Source of the DNA: the human T2T-CHM13v2.0 reference genome, Homo sapiens
Direction: 5' to 3' (one strand)
Assembly (NCBI RefSeq): GCF_009914755.1
Contig: NC_060933.1
Length of the DNA: 64,000 nt
The position numbers and the translations under genes were made by a program. This document shows positions 13,501 to 29,290 of the stretch, in pieces (the stretch's first letter is position 1; the number at the start of each line of letters is the position of its first letter). Below the pieces are notes generated by a model. The model saw only the letters and a program-made list of their open reading frames with translations. It made no database searches and had not been told where the DNA came from.

Positions 13501-15539
13501 GCTTGCTTCTCCATTAATACTGCTTACCTGTTTTATTCCACAACCTTACCTTAAACTCTGATACAGTTGTGTCCTGATTCCTGATGTGGTTTTTCAATAC
13601 TTTATTTTTCTCTCCACATATAACATACCTAGCTGTTGAGTGCCTGGGTTCTACCTCAACTAATAACTTCCAGGTATTATTCTGCTCTGATATTCTGTCT
13701 CAAGCTCTAGCTCTTACCATATGTTACTTGGTCTCTGTTCGTTACCTTCTCTCTGAGTTCTATTTGCCTCCTAGAGTTTCAGAACAAACATTTATGAATA
13801 CGTATGGAAAGGACTTCTGGGTTCCATAAGAACACTGCTTTCCTCCTTATCAAGAAGCCTTGAACAAATTTTTCTTTGTCTTATAGCTGGTCGAAGTCTG
13901 ACTGTCAATACAATCATATTTATTATAAAAGATAAGTCCCAAAGGGTAAATGGGTTTGATGCTACAGTCTTCTATTTTGTTTCTTCTAATTAATAAAACT
14001 TTGCTTCAGACATGGTGTGTGGGAACTGTGCTGAGTCTGAGGAAAAGCTGATAAATCTCTGAAAAAAATTGTGTTATAATTTTGTATAGTAGTGATATTG
14101 CTGCAGAAAAACAGGTGCCAACCAAAAAGCCTAGCTTTGAAAGAAAGCTTCATGGTTGAGTTATGAGACAGCTGGGGAGCAGCAAAATAGATATGGATCC
14201 ATAAGCCCTGCAGGAAAAACAACTTTAATCAGGGCCTGACACATTTGGTGATTGTAACGAAGTCTCTTGGTATGTGTAAGCCCTGGATCAAATGGCACCA
14301 ATTGGCTATTGACAAGCGTTCCATTAGTGCAAAACTGGATGAAAAACTGGCCGTTGCCCTGCACAGACTCCAATAATAAGAAATGAGGTTCTTGTACGGA
14401 AAGGGACTTAGTTTGTTTTCTAAAAACATATGTGCACTGGCCCAGGTGATACCTCTGGTGGACTGAAATTCCTCTAAGCTCAGCCTTCAGATACTACAGT
14501 GGCATTTAGTGAAATCTTTCCAAGTCTCTCCAAGTGACAGGCCTCTTTGACTCCTTAAATTGATTCCATGGTTCTGAATACCAGTAGCTAATGCTGACAG
14601 TTTGACCCAGGAGCAGGGAGCGTCGTCCTGCCCTGAGAGCCCCTCAAATGGATTTTACAAGGGAGTGGTGGATATTACGCTTCTAGGTGCGGTGAAGCGT
14701 GTTTCTAGCACTTTCCACAGATCATAAATTAATTTGAAATGAACTTCTCCCCTCCCAGAAAACACAATATCAGAGAAGGACTGTCATCATGGTTTTTCTG
14801 TAGCATAGTACCTGAGGGGGGAAAAATCATTTTCTCCTGCATTTGTTGACTGGACATGTGATTGGTGCCAAATGCTAGGCTGCCACAAATGTGTGCCATG
14901 TGTGTCCAATTCAAAATAATTTGCAGTTCGGTGTAGATTCTCCACACCGTCAGCTCTGAAACTGAAAGACTGGAAAGAGCTATGCATATTTTTTTCTAAA
15001 GATAGGTGTTATGTAAAGCCCCAAACTGATGTTTCAGGGACCCCAAATGTCCTGTCCTCACTGTTTCTGTAAGTGAGTTTAAATATAAGTGACTATTCTT
15101 GATAGTTACCTGGGAAAGATAAGAAGTAGTTTGTAGGACATGCAGTCTTATTTTATAATTATGTGTGGGCATTTGGCAAACAATTATAAAATAATATAGT
15201 ATCCTCTCTAGTAGTAATGCTGCGAGGTAGAAGGCATAAAACCAATTTTGTTCTTCAGAACTTAAAATTCAGTGTTTCTTTCACTTGTGTGTAGCACCTG
15301 CTGTTTTATATATGATAAAATTTTACAGAATTGATTATATTAAACTTGGTTGATGTCATTAGTTTACTTTCATATTCTCTTTTCCTTAGTATATAGTAGG
15401 ACCCATAGAAAACATATATGATTAATTGTACTATGATTGAAAGTGACTGTGAGTTAAAGAGAATAGGAAATATTGAGGTGGAAGAGAAAGGAGAAAGGAA
15501 AACAAAAGGGAGATGTGTGTTAGTAGGCAAGTATCCAGG

Positions 15540-16512
15540 TAATTCAATATCAACTACCTTTTTAGTGGCCTTCTTTTCTCCTGCCCAGATTTTCTCCTGA
15601 TCTCTAGAACTTAACATCTAATTGTCCATGGGCTACTCTTTTAGTATGTTCCACAGGTGCCTCAAATTCAATGTCCAGACTGAACTATTCATTTTCGTAC
15701 AAATATGTCATCCCTACATAGTTCCTGTCTTGAGGAATGGCACTACTATTCTACCCAGGAGTCATCTCAGATGACTTTGCCCACCTTCTTTGTCACTTAA
15801 TAGTTATAAGCAGTTGTAGAGTTCATCTCCAAAATTCCCTGCACTTTTATAGCCAAGTTTCCTGCCTTAGCAGTTCTCACTGGATTACTAGGTGAATGGA
15901 CTTGCTGACTCCACCACCCCACTACTTTAATTTAGCCTTTACTCTGCAGCCATAGCTTTTTAAATGCAAATTTGATTTCATCACTCCACTGATTAAAATT
16001 CTTTAACAGTCCTTTTAGCCCACAGGATAAATTTAGCACCCAATATTCTTTATGATCTAGCTGTACATGCTTCTCTAATCTGATTTCCTAACACTACAAT
16101 CTGGGGTCTATTTATTATATGAAAAGCAGTTTTCAATAAATATGGTGCTGTTTCATGTTTCCATGTCATTGCATATTTGATTTTCATTGTTGGGAATGCC
16201 TTTTTGTGTTGTTTGTTTGGCACTTGGTTGGGGGTTGCACAGTTATCCATAGTGAAGTCACATTTCTTCATCTGCGAAGCCCCTCCTGGACTTATTAGTT
16301 TAAGTTATGCTTTTACTCTACTGCTCCTAGAATCATGTACATAATCCTAACATTGTGTCCATCCATGTTAGTTTAATTGCTGGTTTTTCTGTGTCCCTCA
16401 TTTATTCTAAGCTCTTTGGGTTGAGAACAGTGCTTTTAACATTTTTGAGGCTCTGGTGCAGTATAGTTTCTGGTATATGATGAATACTCAATGTATATTT
16501 ATTGAATGAATA
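15540..16512 (+). mobile_element. L2 LINE 3' portion
   Basis: caggtgcctcaaattcaatgtccagactgaact body; ends ...actcaatgtatatttattgaatgaat. Confidence 0.75.
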
Positions 16513-17353
16513 TACAAATGCAATGATAAAAGCACAGGTTCATTGCGATGATGGATGAATAACTCCCAGTTTGGAGAAAACATCTCTATTGTTTGGGGGC
16601 ATTTGGCAATGCATAGACTTAAGAGCTGAAAGAAGATTTGATCTTAATTCACATTTGATTTGCACTTCTGGGGCATATTGATCTTGAAGAAGCCCATAGC
16701 AATTGGTGACTACTGTAAGGGAATATAGAAAAAAATGACACTCACGTGAAAAACTGAAGAGAGATTTTATTTTGTCCTTTCAGTCTTTGATGTATTGATA
16801 CACTTAAATTTCCCTCGCTCTTTTCCTTTCTACCTTCTTCCCTCTCTCCCACCCTCTATAGCTTCTTCCAAAAGAAGTATAAAATAGTTGTATTAGAACA
16901 TATAGGTTTATTTTAAAATTATTTATATATAAATATATGAATAAATACATATTTAGTCTTAAGTTGACTCTGTTAATATGTATGTATATATATAAAATTT
17001 TAAAGAATTAGAATGTATTGTAATTCTATGTAATTACATATAATTCTATGCTGATGTTGGTAAGGATCAGAAAAGGAGTCTGGAACTGGAGAGGGAGAAA
17101 GGAAGTCACGTAATGGCAAAGCCAGAATATGTATTTTGAGAGCCAGTCTTAGGGGAAGTGGATGAAGCAGAGGTAAAGTGCATGGGGGAGGCAGAATGCA
17201 CAGGGCCATAGAACTTCATTCCTCTGCCTGTCAAGGGGGATTTGGCTAGTGCAAGGGCAGAAAGAGCCAGGGCTGAGTGGTACACAGGGTTCCTATGTGT
17301 TCAGCCTGGAGATACCATGGACAGAGGTAAGGCCGGCTTCCTTTGTGGATTAG

Positions 17354-19090
<1,737 letters not shown>

Positions 19091-20095
19091 TAGGAAACAC
19101 CGTGAAAAAAACTACCATTGGGTACACATGGGGAATGTCTTTTTAGCCATACCGAACTAATTATTAACATAAGAATTCCCAAAAGCTTTTTCTATCTCAC
19201 CTATGCTCTGCTGATACTCTAGAGCTCTGGTAGTACTGAGAATGAGCGGTCAACATGCTAGATATCCCTTCTCTTGTAAACTCAGCTTCTTGGGTGCTCT
19301 CTTAAATTGGAGAGCATACATCTAGGGAAGAAAATGTATCCAATGCCTTCTGTGATGCCGGGTTCATGAAAACCCAACTGACACTGCTAGGGATTTGAAG
19401 GCATGTAAAGGGCTGGGTAAAGGGCTGAGTAGGATATCATTTGTAGGGTGCTTCTTACTTTGTTGTGTAAAAGGAAGTTGTTATATTAAGATTGCTTTCA
19501 AGATGTGGCTAAAAAGTAATGTATGTGCTTCAGGCAGGAAAAACAACCAATTCCTATTTCTAACCACTAGCCCAGGCACTTTAATTTACTCCTCCTAACT
19601 GCACTCTGGTATTAGTTTATCATCCTGATTTTACAATAGGAGAAGCTGGACTTCGCAGATAGTCAGTGGCAGAGCTGGGTTCAACCCGGGGTCTGGCTGA
19701 CTTGAATCCTGTTCACATTCTTTTCTCCACTCTGCCTATTTGCTGTCACATCTTGGCTGGCAGCAGGAGAGTCAAACCTGACAGGGACCGTGAAAAGCCT
19801 GGAGTTTTCAGCCTGCTAGGCAAGCGGCGGTGCCATAGAGGTAAGTCCCTGTGAGCTCTGTCATTTATTTCTGTCTACTTTAAATCTCTTATCTGTAAGG
19901 CGAAAAGCATTTACGAAGCTTTCAGGAAAGTGCTTTGTGATTACCAGCACTAGCCGAGCAATGGCTTGCCTGTTTTTCACAGATAGCTGCAAAATATGTC
20001 TTTTAGGGAGAATTATCTGCTTTCTTCCACTTAGATTCATATACAAACACACCGATGAAGAAATATGTTTTGGATTCCCATAGTGCTAGGTATGA

Positions 20096-20425
<330 letters not shown>

Positions 20426-20667
20426 GAGCAGATAGTTTCTATTCCAGGTTGCACTGAATCAGGTGAAAAAAGCAAGTAAACACTGAAAAACAAAAAAGTA
20501 AATATTCAGTTGTAAATAAACAAAATCCCCAAACCTACCCCGGTGACAAATTTCTGCCTTATGGTAATTGTTGTTAAGAGTAGGAAACCCAAGATGTAAT
20601 TCCATTGGTATGAAATATCAGGTGGTCCCTACCAGTGAGACAAATATTTTTTAAGACCTTGAGAAAA

Positions 20668-20727
20668 TAAGAATAGAATAGAAAGAATAGAAAAATAGAA
20701 ATAGAAAAAATAGAAAAGAATAGAAAG
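20668..20727 (+). repeat. (AATAGAA)n-like purine-rich low-complexity repeat
   Basis: Seven aataga units with variable A spacers. Confidence 0.8.
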
Positions 20728-21768
20728 GCTAATAGCTCTTTCTAACTTAAAAAAAAAGTGGCACTCCACATTGTGTACATATTTCAAAACATCATGCCTT
20801 ACATGATAAATGATATAGTTTTTATCCTCAATTGAAATAAATAAACAAAAACAAAAATGACTAAAAGCATACCTAGCCCCTCTTTGTAGGGTCTACTTGG
20901 ATGATATTTTTATCTTTGAAGAGAGAAAGAAGATGTTCGAATTGGCACCTCCCTTGGCCTGATGAGAGCTTAATCTTTAGTGTCCTTTGCGCTTTGTCCA
21001 TGCATACTTCAGCTATGGGAGTAATTCTTAACAAATTGTACAGTTGACCTTCTATAAGCCAGCTCCTCCTGTATGATTAAAAGATTGAGTGTTGCATGAG
21101 AATGTGATGATTCACGAAGCCCTAGACACCTTAGACTCCTTGCTCTAATATAAGTTGTTGAAACACAGACCTGAGATCCTTGCTGCATTCTCCGGGTGGA
21201 CCATGGGAGCCTTCAGACCTGGAGCCCAGGCCTTGCTGCAGCTGCTGTGCTTATACTCCTCCCGCCTAGGCTTCTGGAATCAGGGAATTCCTGAGGGAGG
21301 AAATTCTGAGTCTTCAACAAAGAGCCAGTTTTTGTATATTCCCACTGAAAAACTGAACATAACCTTTAAAGGGTAAAGAATCTCTTATTCTATGATTAAA
21401 AAAGTATATTCAAAGCCAACTGATTCTATTTGAAATAGCTCTTCCTTGCGAGGTGCATAGTTCTGGCTGGAAAAAGGCTTTAATAAGCCAGGCATGGTAG
21501 GGTGACTGCTTTGCTCTACTTTGCTTTGCTGTTGAAACATTAAGCGTAATCTGATGTGTCAATAGAGTCACCTCAGATACTCAGAATCATTTTAATTCCT
21601 CTTACCGTCAAAACATAGTGTCAATACTGACACAAATTGGCATTAAAAATATATGCGAAATCACCTGGAGAACAACACTTTTTACTGATAGGAGCTCTCT
21701 TTAAAAGCAGTTTCTGTCAAAGATTCAATTTGAACTCTTTTTTGGCTTTGAATTTTACAGAGCAGCCT

Positions 21769-21795
21769 AAAAAAAAAAAAAAAAAAAAAAAAAAA
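21769..21795 (+). repeat. Poly(A) run, 27 nt
   Basis: Direct reading; not attached to a recognisable Alu or L1 body. Confidence 0.9.
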
Positions 21796-22791
21796 GCCCT
21801 GACCTGCTTTGCATCATTCAAACCTATCTGTGGAGGAAAGAAGCTTTTCCTTTGTATCTGACCCCATGGGAGATGCTGTCCATTCCCAACGTTGCCCTGA
21901 GACGGATGTGCAAGATGACACATAAGTGGATGACATCACTCATGGCTCATGATTAAATACTTCCCTGGGACTCACAAGATGTGTTCAGAAGAAAATGGGA
22001 AGAAGGAGTGGGTGACACTGACAACATTCTTATACATTCCACCTGGGTGCATATTTTTACTACTCTAGATAGATTTCAGGAGAGAATATGAGTGTACAAA
22101 ATGAAAGAATATTGATATAAAAGCCTTAAATTTTAGTTTTGAGGGAATACAAACAAAAATATGCATATATTTGCCATATTATATTTCGTATGCTTTCTAA
22201 TATATAGCACAAAATATGTAAATGTATGTGATGTGTAATTTGTAAAATATATGCAATTTGCAATATATATGTTCACTGTATATCACATATATGTAGTGTT
22301 CTAGATCCCCATGAAAATCAAAAAACTAGGACAAAATATTTTATTTTTGATAAGTGACATATTTTTTGCTAAGTGGCATATTCAGATTACCTAAGTAGTA
22401 TAACTACACATTCATTATTTGACTTTTTATAAATATATTGTAATGTTATACTTGATTTTTAAAAAAATATATTGTAATGTTACATTTGAAGAGGTGAAGT
22501 GTTCTTTCCGCGTTATTTAGGAAATTATTTATTTATTAAGGTGGGAAACCCATCAAATGTATGCTTATTGACATTTTGGCACACACAGTTGTTTGTTTTA
22601 TTTTCTTGCTTTGCAAAAATCTTTAGGGAATAAATGACCTGTTGAACTGAAAAGTGAACATCATTGCGTTTCAATCTTTGAAAGCAATAGATTCTATCGA
22701 TAGGAATGACCAGATTTTCTTTGTTGTTTGAAATTGTTGATCTGGTCATTCTTTTTCTAGTTTGCTCATGTTAGCAGGTGTTTCATGTGTA

Positions 22792-22793
<2 letters not shown>

Positions 22794-22838
<45 letters not shown>
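22794..22838. repeat. (TG)22 microsatellite
   Basis: Uninterrupted TG run. Confidence 0.97.
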
Positions 22839-22839
<1 letters not shown>

Positions 22840-23779
22840 TGGCAGCAAATCACTCAGCTGACCTTTTTCATAATCAACTACAATAAACGGAGTGTGTGTG
22901 TATGTGTGCGTGCCTGCACTTTTGGTGTGATGGACAGTTTGCTTAAATATATGGGAAAAGTTAATCCCTCTGCCCCTGACCTTTGGCACAGGAACCTTGT
23001 GCTTCCAGTAGAAAGTGTGGTAAATGCCAAGTCCTTTGGGCAGAGAATGTCTGCATTAATGTTTTCTATGCTGGAGCCTGAGCCATAGATTTTCTGTCAG
23101 CCATTCTTTGCACTGCGGATATGGAATAGGTTGAGCTGTATACAGAATATAGTGCCTGCTGCCATCTGTTTTGACACCCTGAATATTTTAACCCTAGGCA
23201 GTGTATTAAAGGAGAAAGTCTCCCAGTCCCTATCATGCATGTGATTGCCGTGGAGTACCGAAGGTGAAAGGAGCTGTGCGGTTTAATGTGATTGTCAAAG
23301 GGTCAGTTGTCATGTTAATTATCAAGAGCTGAGTGATTATGACACAAAGAGGGAGGAGGATGGACATGGTACATACCAACCTTGTAAATAAAGTTAACTC
23401 TTGATGTTCTTGGAAGCCCAAGGCTGCAACTCTTCAGCATCACACAGGCCTGGATGCAGCTCTGCATATGCTGATCTCTGTCTGGAATGCCTCATCACCA
23501 TGAAGGTTTTGGATTACAGGGAATACGTGTTTCAAACAGGGTAAGGCAGCTTTGGCAGAAAGACCTTGCAGTAGGAGATGAAATGTTGCCAGTCTGGCAT
23601 CTGAATTTAGCAGTTGAGAAGCCATTCTTGACTCCCCTACCTCCACATAGCCTCTATTGATTCAAAATGTAAACATCCCCCAGATCAATTGTTTCCGCTC
23701 CATCTGCTTTTTCATGGCCTTAGGTGCTCTCACATCTTGCCTAGATTAATTGCCAGATTATTGGAAGCTGCCTGTCCGA

Positions 23780-24165
23780 TCCTTCTGTGTAATTTTGAAA
23801 ATAATGCAAATCTGCCATGCCTTTCTGACCTGCGTGCTATTTTCACACACACCATGTCTTGCCCCTCCTGTCATTCTACATAACTCTCTCTCTCCATGTC
23901 CTATATTTAAATCCCACAGCTACGTATCATCTCCCTGGAAGCCTTTACAAGTCTGATTTAAAAGTCCTCCTTTGGGGTGTCATGGTACCACGTGCTTGTT
24001 TTGGTTATAGTTCTTCTCCTGATTTATTACAATGGTCTCTTGACAACTCCTGCCTTCCGGAACATAAGCTCCTTGAGGTGAGAGACCGTTATATTTTGTT
24101 TCGTATACCAGAGCTGGGCAAAGAGTAGTTACAAAATAAGAGTTTCTTAAATTAACTAACAAAAT
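23780..24165 (+). mobile_element. L2 3'-end relic
   Basis: cataagctccttgaggtgagagaccg...ccagagctgggcaaagagtag, L2 3' signature. Confidence 0.55.
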
Positions 24166-24482
24166 AACATGAATTTTAGAGTAGAATAGTACATGACAGA
24201 CAGTAGTCCTGGTAGTTGGTCAGTAAAAGAGAGCATTCATTTAGGAGATGGTTGGTGACATACATTCATTCTCATAACTCTCCTCCCTGGACCTCTCTCA
24301 TCCCTCACCTACACCAATCCTGACATGATCACTTGAAATTGACCTGGGTTAAATCATATAAATCTTTGTATTCCACCTTCTTGAATCAATTATAATCTTT
24401 AGTGTTGGTTGGGAGAGGAAGGCCCTTCTTCCTTCTTTCTCTGATTTCCAAGAGGGAAATGTCTTCTAATTATTCCTGGGCT

Positions 24483-24515
<33 letters not shown>

Positions 24516-27326
24516 GCCTCATCCCTTACAATTCCCCTTGGAGTGAGAAAGACGACTGGTTAGTTTGGGAATTGACTTAAGGATGCATCGTGTATCTCTT
24601 TACCCTCCTTTTTCTCTTGGAGCGTAGCTACACACAGGAGCATGCATTCTGCTCTGCTACCCCATGTCTTAAATTTTACATAACAGGCCCTCACACAGGG
24701 AAGTCTGGTGCTGCCAGTGACTGGATGAGGAGGACACTACTTCTGGTGCTCAATAACAGGGATTTAAATTTGCCAAATATACAAACCACATTCTCCAGGA
24801 TTAGATTTATCAATATAAAAGGTGATATTTTGCTATTCTAACTGTCTTACTCTTTTGTTTTGTTGTATTTTGTATTTGTTTCAGAATGCAGGTGGAGAAG
24901 AGGGACGTGTTTATTGGGTGAACTTAGCTCAATGCATAGAATTTGAGAGTGAGGAGAAATCTTAGCTCTACTCCAAATATATTAATCTTTGAAAATTTCA
25001 CTTCTGCTTACTAAAGAACAGTAGATCACTTTATGTTACTTAGAGTCAGTCATCATTGGAAACATTAATTAGGCTTATGTTTGAACAATGACCATGGTGG
25101 GATGAGGGCAGTGACAGGAGGTTAAGTGTAAGATGGAAGCCAGAAGGCCACAGCCTCTTTACATCCAGGTAAGCAGCAAGATTAGTACTAGCAGTGAGGG
25201 TTTGAAAGCAGAAGCAAGGAATGAAGATGTCTGTGTGTGTGGGAAGGATACAATGAGGATAAGTATGGAAATAAAGTAGGTTGTAGATACCAGTAATCCA
25301 AGCAAGAAAATATAGGTCAGAAATCCAGGGAAGAAACTTGGATAAAAGGCATACAGAGGCATAGAACATTAAGATGGTAAGATATCCTGTATGTCATCAA
25401 GTCTAAACATACATTCATTATTTGTATCATGTCTTAAATATTGTCACTGTACTATATCAGCTCTGTGTAGTATCTACCTTTTTCTCAGAGGCCCAGCCCT
25501 CACTATGTATTATCTTACTTTGTTCATTCTGTCTTTGGACCTCTCTAACTATTCTGCTTTATTTTGAGTCAAATCAATTTCTTTTGATTAATCTCTATGA
25601 TATTTATCACTAACTGTGATATAGCTGAGCCATGGAATCTCATGGCTGAGAGGGACATAACATGATACTTTCTTCTGCCATAGTACCTAGAAGGATGAAT
25701 ATTATCCTAAGCACAGATGGCATAATTTCATTGTAAATATTGGGAGTGGCCTTAAAAGGAAACTGGTTCTGGTATCTGCCTCAGAAAATACAGCTCCATA
25801 TTCACTAGGTTAAAATCCTTGTCTTTGGCAGACATTCACCAATTTGCTTGGTCAATATTAAATAACAAGTCAAGTCCTTCAGTCATCAGGGGATGACTTT
25901 TTCAGTTAACTTATCCTGGCAGGTGCCGTGGTTGTGCATTTTGTTTAGAGACAGCTGTTTTGTTGGAGCATAACTGAGCATTTTTTATGGCCACAGTAGG
26001 TGGCTGGTAAACCTCATAAGAAAGTATTTTAGACTCCTCCTCAACTGCACAACTCCACTCTCCTCCAAAAGGAAGTCCATCTATCTCATGGTCTGTGGTG
26101 GGTATTCTTGAGACTGTATCAAGCAGTCGTTCAAATGCTTGGCTTCAACAGTCCAAAGATGAGAAAAATTTTCACAAAAAGCTTAAACATATGCTCTTTC
26201 TATCTTCTCTGAGAAGTGGATGGCCCTTTGTTCTAGAGGAAATACTGATTAAATGACTAAACTTTTTAAACAGGGAAGATATCAACCACACTACCTTCTT
26301 ATTTTCCAAAGCATGTGCATTTTTTCATCATATCCAATATCTTTAAATGCATTTGCCTTGTCTACTCAAACAAATGTCAGTGGCATGCAAAATTCCAGCA
26401 ATTTGTAGCCTCCACTCTCTGATGTTCATTTCTATTTTCTCGTGTAAGTTTTGACAAACTTCTTCTGCTTACTCTCCTCCTTTCTATATTCTGATCTTTC
26501 AGAATACAGAATTCTTATCTTTCTTGCCTCAGGTCTCATTTTTCTCGTATCCCCTTTTGAACAAGTTTCTGCTTTAGCTCTTTGTCTCTGAGATCATTCT
26601 GCTGTTTGACTTTTGGTTCTCTGTATTGGAATCACTTATAAGGGACATGCCTACTTACTGTCCTTGCCAGAGAAAGGAATTTGACAGATAGAACCTCAAT
26701 CTGTTGCAGAATCTGTTTCAGAATGCCATCACTACTGGCTTGAGAATACTTCATTTCTTACCAGATGCCTTCTTGAAAGGCGTGATATATAGGAATGTTG
26801 TATAAAGATTATACTATTGTCTACTATACTACTATATATGATTTACTTTTATTTCTCTTATATTATTAGAATACTAGGTATCTATATACTTGGAGTATAC
26901 ACTTGTCTATATAGTTATCTTGAATGAGTTATGCTTTAAGATTGTGCAGTCAGTTTTTTTCGAGGTTCACTAGAAGAAACAGCCTATATTGAACTTGTTT
27001 TGTTAACAGATTATTGAGGATATTGTCCACCATATCATACACTATGTTATACATAAACCTTCGGAAACATGCCTTTTAGTATTTAACAGGGGAAAATGCT
27101 ATCTCTTCCCACATATGCTTTCTCCTTTTAATAATAATAAATTTACATTGCCAACAATGTAACTCATTACGTTCCCATTTATTTTGCTCCAGTTGCCAGG
27201 AAGCTCAGAACAAAATGTAATGGTTAAATGTAGCATTTGATATTCTAGTTAGTACAAATGCATTTTCCCTTTATCTGGGTTTTATATTTATATCTTATTA
27301 GGTTTTTTTTTTGTCTGTGTGCTCAT

Positions 27327-27805
27327 TGTCTTAGTCTGTTTTGTGTTGCTGTAACAGAATATTTGAGACTGGGTAATTTATAAAGAAAAGAGGTTTATTT
27401 AGCTCATGGTTATGCAGGATGAAAAGTTCAAGGGCATGGCCCTGGCTTCTGGTGAGTTCTTCTGTGCTGTGTCATAACAAGGTAGAGAAGGTCAAAGGGG
27501 AAGTGAAAACATACAAAGAGAGAGAACCCGAGGAGCATCCTGGCTTTATAACAACCCATTCACAAGGGAAAAAATCCATTCCCTAAAGAGCTAATCCAGT
27601 CTTGCTACAGCAAGAACTCACTCATTGTCAGGAGAATGGCACCAAGCTATTCATAAGAGATGTACCCCCATGTCCCAAACACCTCCCAACGGGCCCCACC
27701 TCCCAATACCACCCTTCTGAGGATCAAATTCCAAAATGAGTTTTGGTAGAGACAAAACCAAAACAAAACAAAACAAAATAAAAAAACCATATCCAAACCA
27801 TAGTA
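27327..27805 (-). mobile_element. MST (MSTB1-like) MaLR solo LTR
   Basis: tgtcttagtctgttttgtgttgctgtaacagaata...ccatatccaaaccatagta; same family as 8942-9357. Confidence 0.88.
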
Positions 27806-28265
27806 CCAATAATCTCAAATTTACTTTTTAGAGTCAGGATACTATATTGACTTATAATACTTTCCCTGAACAATCCTCTTTTTTGCTTGGGAAAGATGTG
27901 ATAAAGTCCTTAGAGACCTACTCTTAGAGTCTCAGAGCATCCTTGAAATATTTCATAATATAAGTCTCATTCTAACTCTTTGAGTACTTACAATGTACGT
28001 GGCATGCCACTAGATGCTATAAGTCATGCACAAACCAAAACAAACAAAACATAGCCCCTTTCCTCAGTTCTGCTGCTTTATTGCTGGGGCACAATCTTCT
28101 ACAAAGTAGTAGGTTTTTAAGGACAATTGAGAAGTTGAAACAAACTATAGGAGGCTAGGAAACGTACAAATTGAGTAATGAGGGAAGGCTTTGTGGAGAA
28201 GATTTCGCTTGATCTGGGATTCAAACTGTGTATAGATTTGAGTACATGAAGCACACAAATGAGTG

Positions 28266-28466
28266 TAATGGCGTACTGGTAAACTGGTTTCCCCTTCCAC
28301 TTCAGCAAAGCCCTGCTTTGCAGTGTTTGCCAGTTTCCATGGTGTAAATACTTCTGCTATGGCCAATTTGAAGCTATCAGTAATTTAACCACATGCTTGC
28401 AAAGTTCCTGAATATTTAAAAATTAGCTGTCATGAGCCTGTTTGAGCTGGGTTTAGCATACCACTG
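28266..28466 (-). mobile_element. MER63A-like hAT-Blackjack DNA transposon inside an L2 relic
   Basis: tttccatggtgtaaatact...tggccaatttgaagcta...gcataccactg; terminal inverted repeats. Confidence 0.75.
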
Positions 28467-28889
28467 GATGAAGTCTTTATACGAATGTGATACTATGAGT
28501 AAGAGTTCAGATTTGTGAGGTCCCACTAAGGAACAGAAAACAGTCCTGACTGTCTGCATCTGGAGGTTCATATTGGGAAATGATGGCAAGATGTAAGAGT
28601 TAATTTGGGACAGAATTTGGAGGTTTTTGCTGTGCACTTGGGGTTTATTCTTTAGGATGTGGGAAGGTCTTGAGTACTTTTAATAGAGGAATGACAGGAT
28701 AGAATTAATGTTTTAGGAAGATAGGCCTTTTATTATTTATATGCTGAGTGGTTTTAAGGGAATAGAGGGCAGCAGAGGTGAGACCTAGGAGCTTCTTGAA
28801 ATGAAGTATGTATGAAGTAATAAGGGACCAGAGTTAGGACAGAAGTGGCCAGCATGGGAAGGGAAGACAGGTGAAAGGGAGGACAGTGG

Positions 28890-29290
28890 GGACAGTGCAT
28901 CTCTGGTAGTATCGCATCAGCTGAATTGGCTTACAAGCTCTGACTGGAATCAACTGAGGGTTAACTTACATGTTTGGGGATTGATATTGGATGTTACTAG
29001 AACCTTCAGTGAGGCTGTGGAGAGAACACTTATGCAGATTCTTTACATGTGGCTGCTTGGTTTTATTACCGTATGCTGGCTGGATTCTAAAAGTAAGAGT
29101 CCAAGAGAGATAGACAGATGAAAAGCACATTGCCTTGTACAACCTGGCCTTGAGAATCATATGATGTCTTTTTCACTACATTCTATTTGTTGAATCAATC
29201 ACAAAAGCACAGCTAGTTTTAAGGGAATGGAAAATGAGACCTCCACCTCTTGATGGGAGATAGCAAGGCTATAAAAGACCATGTAAGAGT
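28890..29290 (-). mobile_element. MLT1F/G/H-like LTR fragment
   Basis: cactacattctatttgttga...gagacctccacctcttgatgggag motif. Confidence 0.6.

Noticed and set aside
25990-26010. CTCF-like motifs (also ~33525 and ~40730)
   Set aside because: Each mismatches core positions of the CTCF consensus; not supportable without ChIP data.
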